Source: Phoronis australis (lineage: Eukaryota > Animalia > Phoronida). Taken from it: a DNA stretch of 64,000 bases. Position 1 is the stretch's first letter. Every line of letters begins with the position of its first letter. The notes below the pieces were generated by a model. The model saw only the letters and a program-made list of their open reading frames with translations. It was not told the origin of the DNA and ran no database searches. The position numbers and the translations under genes were made by a program. This document shows positions 15,501 through 26,050 of this stretch, one piece after another. The stretch covers positions 288,891 through 352,890 of the forward strand of contig NMRA01000433.1 in the NCBI GenBank assembly GCA_002633005.1. Direction: 5' to 3'.

Positions 15501-18500
15501 ACACAACTGCTATTAAAAAAGACATTCTTTGTTTTAAGCCTCTAACTTCTTACTCTGGGGTTAGAAAAAATATCAGTTCCTTATAGCAGTGAAGTGCATC
15601 CTACGTAGGCAAAACTAACTATCTGTTTTGAGTCTTGGAACTTTCCGTGGGCCAATTTTTTGCGAGAAAATGAGAACACATCAAATTACGCAAAATCACG
15701 TTAGTAAAAGACAATTTTTGCGAGTTTGCTCGACCCGTTACAAGCGTAACTTAGCGTCATGACAACCACTGAATTAATTGTCCAGTGAGGTTTAAATGTC
15801 GTATTATGGAATAGAATTAAAAAATATGTTTGTCCTAATCGACAATTTTTTCTCTTATATCTCGATAGAGTTCAGTAGCTGTCTCGCGACTAGAAAATCT
15901 AGCCAAAATCACATGTTCTCATTTGAAATACCAGAGACCGTAGAGAGGGAGACAAATCCCCTAGCGAAATCCCATTGGACGGCCACTGGCGGCCATTGTT
16001 GTTTCATGGACCGTAGAAACGTCTAGCGGGCGTGTGTGAAATAAACAAATATGGCAAGACACGAGGGCACAGTTGGTAAAAAGCAATTGTGCTTTTTGCA
16101 ATGCCTGCAGCTGTAGAAACAGTTCATGAAAAATTCGTGACTTATGTTTTATTTGCTTCCCCACTGGTTAAGATTGAAACAAAGAATGTTTTTGTGCGAA
16201 ACTTACCAATCAACCAGTGATGGACAGGGTGATTTGAACTTAATGTCTTTACTGTTCCTTGCATTTGATCGCTTATATAGAAAATTATCGTAAATTGTTT
16301 GCATAATTTTGGGAACAACTAATTAGTTTATTCTATGCCCATTAATTAGTTTCTTTCATTTCTTTCTTCAGTCTTAATACATTCAGATCTAAAAGATAAT
16401 AATACTTATTATTAATACTTTTTGACTAATTTTATTATTGTTAAATTATCATATATTTGTTTTCATCTATTCTTTATTCACTATTATTTATTTATTTATT
16501 CATTTATTCATTGTTTTTGGTTATTCGCTGTTACAAATTATTTCTTGTGATCCCATACAGTCAACATTCTGACTGTCGTTGATCATTAATCAATATTATA
16601 TGATCCTGGTATGCACTTCCGTGTATTATAAATATTAATTGTATGATTGTGTAACCTGCTTGATAATTTTGCATAGGAAGTGTCAAAGAAAGTGTTCTTT
16701 TAAAAGCATATGATATGAAGCCTTACATCGGGGGGTACTTCGGTAGTATGTGTATTACCTTGGAAACCCCGTTACACTCAGTGATGACGTCATTTGTTTA
16801 GATTTTTGTTTCCACATGGGTCTTAAAATATGAAGTCAGGAAATAAGGCGTCCTTATATTATTTACTTTAAGGTTGGTCACGATTACCTGCCGATGCAGG
16901 TTGAATACGCTTTAACTAACTGCTGATAGTTGATTTTAAAAAGTGTGAATGGTTTACATGTAAGAGAGCTGGAAAGCATCGTAAAAACTACCCTAAATTG
17001 ACTGTGTTAAGTAGGCATCTTGGCTGTTTTATGTAGGCACACAAGGCAGGTTTATTGGAATCCAGACAGGAACTCCATCTCTTGCTGGTTTTCAACCCCC
17101 TATTTCTCTTGAATCCAGTTTCATTCACAACAAACCACCCCAATTCGCTGCCCATTTCAGATACCATCAGGTACGGATGCTGGGGGTCCAGTGAATTAGT
17201 CCCAAATAGTGACTCCACTCTGTTCCCCAAAACTACTGCGTATTTGTTGGCTTTCTACGTTGAATTGTCAATATTATTGAAAATAAGTAGGGAAGTTTTC
17301 ATGCAACATCCCTAATTTAAGGACTAAGACCCTGAATGTTTTGACTGATTTAAGGGCTCGGGTTTATTTACAGTATTAGAAAACGTCATAAGTCAAAAGG
17401 GGAGCTTCTAATAAAGATGAAATGAAAGAAAAATATAAAAACTGTGAGTAAAGAACGAAAAAATACGCAAAGAGGTTTAGACAACACAGCACTGTTGAGC
17501 ACAGGCGGATCCTTTGTCAGAGGGGTTTGGACCCCCATTTTCCCTCGATTTTAGTGATTTCAAAGCTAGAATTTTCAAATTGGTGACTTGGGCCTCCCTT
17601 TTTAAAAAATCTTTGAACGGACCCCCCACTTTAAAAAAATCCAGATCTGCTCCTATTGATTCGATATTTTGGACTGTTTCATGTAACTGGGCACAGGCCC
17701 CTCTGCTTGAATGTAGAATGTTGTAAGGTGTGGATTTTCGAAACAAAGAGCTGGACCCGTGTTTGGATGGGGTGAGAGCGCAGTTTTTGGACATTGGCGT
17801 AGGAAATATTTGAGGGTTGGGGGATGAGAGTCTGTATATTTTCAAACAAAGTTTGTGTACTGAAAGTTTTAATAATCAAGTGTTAATTGATTGATATTAA
17901 CACCTGGAATATTGGGAAAGAAAGCAATCTCAGCCCACAACCTTTTGGTTGAGGGTCGCCCCCCGTTTTTGCTCCTACCAGCCGATCTGTCTTATGTTTA
18001 CCACTAACCTGACCCCCCGGACAAAATTCTACCGTTTTTGTACCTGCTCACCCTCCACCTATTTTCACCTGTTTACTTCTGATTACTGAGTCACACTTTT
18101 GCTTATGATTTATTTCTCGTTTACCTTTACTGCCCAATTTTTGATACACTCAATATTTTGCATATGTGTATATTCCATTGCATTGCTCATGTTTTTTTTG
18201 TTTTCAATATTTTAAACAAAGACACTTCACAATTTTGAATTTGACAAACTAAAATTAGCCGTAGTCAACGCCTCGCGTACCGATACTTTGTGGATGCACA
18301 CACCCGCTAGGTGACGCCATGGTCCATGACACAATAAATGCGACAGCCTCTATAGTGAATAGTCTTGTTTACGTCATTGAAAATACTATGACAATGTCTC
18401 CTGTAATCGCGCGAAGTTTTGCATTGTAGCGAGGTCCTAGCCATTAAACTCTAGTCGTGGAGTAATTGAACCCTACCGCGGTGTCTACGGAATGCAGAGC

Positions 18501-19763
18501 AGGTCACGAGCAATAATTATTATGAGTTTCATCAACACAATTAATCAATTTTAACCTGAATTAAAAAAGCTGTGGCAAGTTTTATAACGATAGGCGTTTT
18601 AAATCAAAGGCAGCTTTAAGGTAACTACTTTCGTTGATAATTTTTGCCTGACATTTTCTGATATATTACGTTTTAAACTATGAAAGAAAGCCCATGTTTT
18701 TAAAATGCTCAGCGAGCCCAGAAAGGTGTTATGTTCACGTAAACGATGCACGAACGTTTGTACTTAAATGACTATGTTTTCATTGTGAATTTTACGCAGG
18801 TTGAAAAAACTTCCAAAGAAAATAATTCGTATGAAACTTGTAAATTCTCTTTGTACATTCTATTAGATGTAAAGGAGTCTCGGGTCTTTGAATATCTGTG
18901 GCCAAATTGGTGAAAGTTACGAACGTAAATTGCGTGCGTAAGTTAATTCTTGTTAGAGGCGTAAAATAATCATTTGCCTCGTAGAGTAACTTTTAACGCT
19001 ACAAATACTTACTTTACACCGTAAAGCAATAATTGTTTTTGTAAAGTAGTTATTACATTACGGCGTAAAGTAACTGTTTGCGGGGTAACTTTAACGCCGC
19101 AAATAATTACTTTACGCTGTAACACATTTTGGTGGAAAGTAATTATTTGTGGCGTTAAAACTTAGTTTATACCGCAAATAATATTTTTACGCCTCAAAAA
19201 GTTATTGTAACGACGTTAACTTTATTTTCCGATTCACTGATTTTCTCACGTCGGCGTAAGTAAACGTTTTTTTTTTATAGATTTTGAGTATCTTAAGTTT
19301 AAGCGTTTTGGCTTCAACATAAACGTTACATTTAATGATTTTATTTATGATTTGATCTTGATGGCGTTTGAATTAAGTTGCAGCTGATGTCTACACTTGG
19401 GTTGACTTATTGTTTAGTGTGACGTTGCTGTGGAAGTTGTTGTAGCGTACTTTTATTAATTTTAAAATTAAATAATCTGTTATTTGAAATAAGTATCACA
19501 TTCAAATGTGTTAATAAGTTATTCAATTTCTTAAAACAGCGAAATATTTACGGCCTTTGTCAAACTGTGTCGAGAACCCTTCAACTTAAAATGCACGTTT
19601 TATCGCCCGAATGGAAATTAATAAGATTAAAAAAAATCGGTTCAAAATTAAAGAATAAAATAAAAACTATTCGTTGTCTAATAGTGAATTGGTTGCACTA
19701 ACCTGCATGGTGAAGACACCCTGCCAAGGTACAAGTAACGATGAACAGCGTGGGCAAAGCCAT
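6411..19763 (-). CDS. Secreted multidomain lectin-like protein (signal peptide - WSC - EGF - F5/8 type C/discoidin), spliced
   Basis: Phase-consistent GT-AG exon chain on the minus strand: 15221-15387 + 12383-12557 (WSC), 11930-12040 (EGF), 8868-9100 + 8511-8600 + 6411-6569 (F5/8C, ends in stop TAA). Candidate signal-peptide exon 19703-19763 (MALPTLFIVTCTLAGCLHHA, phase 1, compatible with the phase-1 WSC exon). Possible small intervening exons (18281-18349, 16888-16968, 16759-16821, 16207-16271) could not be resolved into one chain. No transmembrane segment seen. Confidence 0.8.
7049..7633. mobile_element. MITE-like element in the last intron of the lectin gene
   Basis: TIR (TC)GCTGGTTCCCTGCG / CGCAGGGAACCAGC(TA); flanks AAAGTGC and AAAGTGT resemble a 7-bp TSD. 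Confidence 0.55.
8511..8600 (-). CDS. Internal exon, middle of F5/8 type C domain
   Basis: ttttag acceptor and gtatgc donor, 90 nt, phase 0-0: GRFDNNERIFTYKIQFSLDGSNWMWYNNEQ (TQG...YKIQFS.DG..W motif). Confidence 0.9.
8868..9100 (-). CDS. Internal exon, N-terminal part of F5/8 type C domain
   Basis: CWAPQPLGMEDGRIPDSKMTAST...RARL...GW...EWFQVELPSIHRVTGVATQ, gtatgt donor. An alternative in-frame acceptor 6 nt upstream is possible. Confidence 0.92.
11534..11695. mobile_element. Short MITE with CAGTGGCGGATTTAG-type TIR
   Basis: GAGGGGCGGATCTAG ... CTAAATCCGCCACTG. A related decayed element lies at about 17500-17655. Confidence 0.5.
11930..12040 (-). CDS. EGF-like domain exon (phase 1-1)
   Basis: tttccag acceptor, gtaaga donor; [36 protein letters not shown] has the canonical 6-Cys EGF pattern. 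Confidence 0.92.
12383..12557 (-). CDS. WSC domain, second exon
   Basis: ECWCTSDL...GCNSTCVDDPSRKCGDSAQFSVY; cctttag acceptor, gtacgt donor. Confidence 0.88.
15221..15387 (-). CDS. WSC domain, first exon
   Basis: YIGCFQND...TPKTCTQKCWVTGYKYAGLMKGN; ttgccag acceptor, gtgagt donor, phase 0 into ECWC. Confidence 0.88.
18956..19195. repeat. AT-rich foldback element built of degenerate TTACG/CGTAA units
   Basis: GAGGCGTAAAA...TTTTTACGCCTC with about 65-bp imperfect inverted arms and internal repeats of the same motif. Confidence 0.6.
19703..19763 (-). CDS. Probable signal-peptide exon of the WSC-EGF-F5/8C gene
   Basis: gacATGG context, MALPTLFIVTCTLAGCLHHA hydrophobic stretch, CAG/gttagt donor. 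Upstream acceptor at 19811-19812 and a strong AAG/gtaagt donor near 21482 suggest a 5' UTR exon. Confidence 0.6.
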
Positions 19764-21983
19764 GTCTGACGACGTCTCAGAAATTATGAATGGGCTATGA
19801 GGAGGCATACCTTTAAAGCTAATATCAGGCAGAGGGGAATAATTAAATATTTCTGAATGGGTGGTTCACTAATTTAGGGCAAGACGGGATTCTATAGTGT
19901 CTGTTTTTAAAACAGAGTATGACGCAGATAACGCCGAGATGCTGACTGAAAATGGATCGATATTCAATAAGTTGCTCAGTGCACAATGGCTCTCGCAAAA
20001 TTCTAATCATTATAAATGAATTTTGCATCAGCGACGCATTGATCACATGAATCGATGTCAAGGTCATCGAATGCTAATTGAAACGCTAACAGTCTCGCTT
20101 ATAGATGAAATCGACGACTGGATATCCATTTGGGTTGTTTCAGGCTCAAATAAGTATCCTTGGCAACCCGATATTTCACACTACAATTTCTTATTTCCAC
20201 AATGAAGAACGCCATTTGACAGCACGCTTAGATACATATAGGTCACTGCAAGAGGGTGATTATGGAACTATTTGAACCAATTTTTGAGTTTCGTTAAAAA
20301 TATAAGTTTACATTTTGCTATCGAATTACTTAACAAATTTATATACAACTCATAGAGAACTAAGCAAACCTTATTCAGAATAAACTAGTATTCCCTTTTT
20401 ATTTGCTTTATGTGCCTAAGTTGTCCGTCAGGATAAAGATACCTGGATAATAAAACTGAAGTCTTAGTTGTCTCAAACAATATGAACGCAAGGTTTAAAG
20501 GCATTATTCAAATGTTGCATGTACTGATATTGTTCTTTGGTTATTGCCGTTACCATTTTCATCGCATTATCTCGTCATATACGCGACTTGATTGAGACTT
20601 GACTGTGGAATCAAAAACGGCAAGCCCCTGAAAAACGAGTTCGCTACCTTTATGTACCACCCTACGAAAATGGGCACATTAGACTGTTTCCCAGAAAGGG
20701 CTGATGGGATTCTTGTGTGCTTCATGCAGTGATAGAACTCTGCATTCTCCCGGAGGTAAGAAAGCGCGTTGTTTTTATTGACCTCGTCTTGGTATGACAA
20801 CCATATTTTCACGGGAAATTTGAAACCTTTGACTTGTATAGCCGTGGGAAAATTTCGGATTTTAACCCTTTAAATATACCTGAATAGGAAAGGTATCTCC
20901 AAGAAAGGGGATTCTTTTCGGTTTAAAATTATTTCAAAGAACTTTGCTTTATCTCATTTTATTTTCTTTGGTTGATGTCGGGAACACAGATGGGAGGCGA
21001 AGAACTTTCGCACCCAAGGTTTTTTGTCAAGTTTATGCAAATTTCTCGCGTCGGAGCAAAGCAGCAATACTCTATACATGTACATTGGAAGGATGAATTG
21101 ACTAATGCAACTGAGCATAAACTTGTGAATAGCAAGACAACGATAAAACATGTGAAACTCCAGTGACGTGAAAACGAGGCTACAAAAATGATTGAGAGAT
21201 ATTGCGGCACTGCGAGTAAATACTACGAGATTCGAGTATCGCTATCAAAATCCAGAAGAAGACTTATTCTCGTGCGTTTCCCTATAAGCGAGCGGGAGAC
21301 TAAATGATGTTTCAAAGGCTCACCACTAGATTTCCAAAAAAGATGCAACATTTCCAGCATTCATGTATTTCATTGTGAAATGCCGGATACCGTCGGTGAA
21401 AGGGCTAGTGTCGACACCGTCGTGCAAGTGTAACCTGGACACTGAGTCAAAGTGTTTAACTTGTTTTAGTTAAAAACTTACCTTATTATTACCATCACTG
21501 ATCACCTCGCCATTGTCTTCCTACCAAAGATTCTTTGTACAAACAACTTTGCAACGTCAGACAAAGTTTCACGAAGTGCACGCATGGGATGTCATTCATA
21601 CTGTTCGTTAGCCTTCGTTATTAAGAAATTACAAGGCTTTGTGTTATTGCAATTAAGTCAGAAACACTTGGCAATCACAAAAATCTCTATCATCGATTCC
21701 GGCAGCATCGGCTAACCAGCAAATACGAGGCAACTTTATGAATAACCGCGTACTTGTGGCATAAACGAGAACTCTTTCCTCCATTTAATCGTTAGTTTCT
21801 GAGAAATTTTGATTTTGTATTGTCGGAGCCGAATGTAAACATTGGCTTATTTGCTCTACCTGCACCAGTGCACACGCGCTACACATGGAAATATCAATAC
21901 ATATAAAAATTTAGTATAAAACTGCTTCATCGTATTCACCGAATTTGCTGAACCGGTGTGCCGACATAGCGATATCTAGACTT

Positions 21984-24900
21984 AGCTGATTTTTGAGTGA
22001 TTCCGGAATAGCTGAGGTGTGTATAGAGAGTGCAGTACTTGGTCAAGGCCTATGGAACTGGTCCTCAGTGGAAAGTCGTACAGCAAAGCTACAGTAAGAG
22101 GGCACACAAACTGTCTTTGCAAGTTCTGTGGCATCTCCTGGTGTCAAGCCTTCTCTCGTTTATTGCTGAAGCGAGTGTCATGCCTGTATTACCAGTATGC
22201 CTGCAGATGATGATCCACAAAAAATTCCGGAGTTGATAACATTTCTCAATCAGGATAAGTTCAGGAAACTCCTGGGTATTTTGTCAACAGTAGATCTGAT
22301 GATGTAAATTTCAGCTTCTGGTGGAGTTACATTGGACATGGTTCCAATATTGTTAAAGTACACATGCTCTCGACGGGATGGCATTTAGGAACTGCATCTC
22401 TATTCATTTACTCTCATGCTGCCCCACCGAATTATGCCCGAGTGGGGTGCGGTCTTTTTAGTCGAGATGCATCAGCTTCCACAGTCTGATTGGTCAGAGG
22501 TTCAAGCAGGAAATTTTGTAGTCAAGTGATCTCCTCATATGCTCTGTCACTTAGATTCTGACCAGCGGGTAAATAGGGCAGGCAAAACGGAGATGGCATC
22601 ATCGGTAATACCAAAACCACGTCAGCTTCATGGAGGTGGACACTCTCATTTAATCTGAGATCTCATATAGCTGAACAATCTTACCGCTGTGGGAGTACAT
22701 AGTTTCACAACGAAGCCACGAAAGCCAGGCAACTGAGCGAAAATAATGTTGAGAGTTCCCTTCTTTACACTTTCTATGGATTGAAGGTCTTCTCGTCCGC
22801 AAGGCCTTAGCGGCTACAAAGCCTTGCAACAAAAGACCTACCAACAGCACCAATCCAAGAGTCACTTTTACATGCTAATGAACTTGGATACGAAAAAATT
22901 AAGAACTTAGTTCAAACAGATTATCACTGAGCAACGTGATAATTCAGACATGTCAATTCATGCGCCTATGCGCAAAAATAATGTCCCAACATTTGCCAAC
23001 TTTTATGACGTGGTGAAACAAACCAAAGACAAAGACAAGAAAATAGTTCTTAAGGCAGACAGGGATGTACTTCACTGTGTAGCTACGGCTTAAGAGGCGG
23101 GTCGGCCAGTTGCTTTGCCGTCTGTGTTCAAACGCGAGCTTCTTCCCGTCCATGCTTTTCTCGCAGAAACGAGTGGCACATTGCGCACTGGAGATAAATC
23201 TTCACTTGCCGAAGTCACATCGACTGTCCTGAAACAATTCAACTTCATGACACGTCCACTTGCCTCATTATTGATGGAGAAGCATTGCTGGTAGCTCTTA
23301 GGAAGCCTGATTGTGATTTGACCTTCAAAAACCTGGCTGATTCATTCATGAAAACAGTGCTAAACACAGGGGTTCGATATCATAAAATATATATTGTATT
23401 TGACAAATACAGACTCGACATAATGAAGGACACAACAAGAAAACAGCGCAGTAAAGGAACACGGCAAATCAGGTGATTTTTGGAAGGCCGTGATGTACCT
23501 CTTCCTCAAAACTGGTCAAATTTTCGGGCACTGGCTGAGAATAAAGCAGACCTAGCACATTTCTTGTCAGAGGAACTGTGTTTGTAGACGCCTGAAAATA
23601 AAGAGGTTATGGTTGCAGGAGGGTTCAAAGATGAGTTGGAAGTCAATTAAATCATCTAAGGATATGACTGATTTGAGGACTCTGAAATCCACACATGAAG
23701 AACCAGATGCAAGATTGGTGCTGCATGCTGTCCACAGTCAATCATGTTTTCCAGGGACACCCAATGTTTTACTGCTTCTGGTATCGCACTTATAACAAAT
23801 GCAATGTGAGCACACCAAAGAAACGGCGATATATAAATATTGAAGCACTTTTCAACAAGCTACTACGAGACTCAGCAACATCCGTGTTTGCTTTTCATGC
23901 CGTCACCGGGTTTGGCACCAACTCGTACTTTGCCAATCACATGAAACAATCATCATGGAAGGTGTTCCTATAGCATCACAAGTTGCTTAAGAACCTATGC
24001 ATTGATGAACTCACTGAGAAAATTACGATGGCTTCAGAAGTATTTGTCTGCAGAATATACAACACGACCAGAACAGACCTGTAGATGTAGCACGCCATTT
24101 ACTATTCTCCAAGCCCGTAAACCCAGAAGTCCTTTCCCCAACGCATAATGCCCGCCGTTTCCATTTGATGAGAATGCACGATCTGGTCAAGGTATGGCAA
24201 GTGTTCCATACCTGAGCTCCCAGCACCCTCTGATATGGGAAGGACACACAAACTTATGCTTGCAGCCCATGCTGATGACACAGGGTAATATCCCGGATAG
24301 CTGCTTAGAGATGGTATTGTGTGCATGCCACAAACAATGCAACAGTAGACAATGCAGATGCATGAATTTTGGATTTCGATGCATATCATTATGCACATGC
24401 CGGCAGCACATTCATGATCAGATTCCTTGTATGCAAGCAGTTTATTTGCCTGGCTTCAGGCATGTTAAAACGTTCCTAAAAGTGAATGCTAAAACTGTGT
24501 TCAGCAGGCCTGAAAACAATTCGTGCAATTAAAAATCTAATGTCTTCAATTACAATAACTATATTGATTTTTATGAATGGGAGATAACGGGATAGTGTGA
24601 ACATTTGTCCTCATATTCCGTCAAAATATTGACACCTTTCTTAACGAGCATTGCAGATTAACGACTATTCTTTCCACATTCTGTACATCTATAACTCAAT
24701 AAATATGAAATAAATTGCTGTTTGTTAACCATGAAAAAGTAAGCATAAACAATTCATTTTTCAAGTTAGCCTGCAGGAGCACAAACTTAAGACGCAAATT
24801 ACATTGTATGGTGATGGCGGCACCTAATTTGCATAAATAGTTTTTAGAGTTGCATTTTTTAGTTTTCATAAGTGATGTATTGCTCAAGAAGTACTTATAA

Positions 24901-25158
24901 GTAGTGTACAGGTGATACATTTCACCATTTTAAATGGTATACTGGAATTTCTATTGCAAAAATACATCTGAAATTGACAATTTGGCCGCCATTTTGTTTA
25001 TGCTAATTAGATGGTCAAAAATGCAAAATTCGGCTTGGGAACAGGGTTAGTTGAATTCGCCATGCATTGATTGTGTGAAAAAATCTTGTTCCCAACTTTT
25101 ACTAAAAATGCTTCTAGAACCTTATAGGGGGCCCTTTTCAGGAAATGCGTCTAGACTA
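21984..25158 (+). mobile_element. Degraded Academ (AcademX-type) DNA transposon, left end missing
   Basis: Frameshifted remnants: VLSGKSYSK.RAHKL, STHEEPDARLVLHA and FHAVTGFGTNSYF (XPG/FEN1-like nuclease), C-terminal CACHKQCNSRQCRCMNFGFRCISLCTC (Cys-rich finger). Right terminus ...GCGTCTAGACTA at 25158 fits the TAG...CTA ends I recall for Academ. Confidence 0.75.
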
Positions 25159-25359
25159 TATGCTGTGTACCCTTTTGTCAACTTGTGTCGAATCTGCTGA
25201 ACCGGTGTGCCGACATAGGGATATCTAGACTTTGCTTTACCGTTTAGGGTGACCTAGATATAGAGTTCCTGGAATTAAACAAGCATAAACATGTTATTTC
25301 CAAAAAAAGTAAAGTTACGTTAAATAATGTTGAACACCGCAGAGTGTAACACGACAATT

Positions 25360-25636
25360 TCTGCAATCTGCTGTCTTTTGTTCTGAAATGTGACGTGAAA
25401 TTGTTGCAAAAGAACGGCCTTTTTGCCTATATTCGTCCGGGCTTTTGCCAAGGTGCGAAGCTGTACAAAGATGGCGCTACCTGCGCGCCGTTCACTCTCC
25501 TGGCGGAGAAGTGAACTATTCCGCACACCTATACCAACTACTGTATATCGTTGAACGATCGGAAGTTGCCGTACCGAGTTACAGTCAAGCCGCGGACGAA
25601 GGTATATGTGTTCGCAAAACAATGAATATTTATTGA
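25360..25636 (+). pseudogene. Possible decayed paralog of the cystine-knot gene (duplicated at about 26964-27240)
   Basis: With a 1-nt frameshift it reads VRSCTK-DGATCAPFTLLAEK*, versus SRRCQKPG(D/A)TCGKFRIFNRPRC. It is followed by the same downstream block that follows the intact gene. Needs several repairs. Confidence 0.3.
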
Positions 25637-25888
25637 CTTTCTAACCGACATGCATGACTAACCTGAACGCATTTGTCCAATCGCATGATATTTCGGACGC
25701 ATGTGCCTTTAGCCCTAACCGTTACGGACGATTAGACCGTGGGAATATCACTTATTTTGTAGCTGAAGCGATTTAAACGCATTGCGTTTCACGCGTCATG
25801 AATTATGCATTACGGCGTTCTATCGTTCAGTGACTTTACCAAACGTAGAGGGTTGTGAGAATGTGATAACATCTAGCTTCTTTGTTAA

Positions 25889-26050
25889 AGGCGAAGGCAA
25901 CCTTTTTCATGTCATTTTGAGCTAAAATAAGGTTGGTTGGTTATCCTAGACATATTTTCCACTTAATTACAGCTTTTCGTAATTTTATTAATTACTCGTC
26001 CTCTACTCCGGAAGTGACGTTTTAGGAGACAAGCGTTTCCCGCCACTTGG
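25889..26050. mobile_element. End of a TTAA-inserted (Kolobok-like) element truncated by a contig break
   Basis: Starts AGGCGAAGGCAACC right after TTAA (25885-25888). The duplicate block has the empty site TTTGTTAACTGCC at about 27485-27497. Confidence 0.55.

Noticed and set aside
18900-19270. Spaced short repeats superficially like a CRISPR array
   Set aside because: Units are degenerate, in both orientations and irregularly spaced, in a eukaryotic intron with no cas genes. It is a foldback repeat.
20813-20856. GGGAAATTT and GGGAAAATTTC as NF-kB sites for the lectin gene
   Set aside because: Incomplete match to GGGRNNYYCC and expected by chance in AT-rich DNA.
24194-24532. Cys-rich ORF as a tesmin/CXC or metallothionein-like gene
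   Set aside because: It is the C-terminal finger of the frameshifted Academ protein, contiguous with the nuclease remnants.
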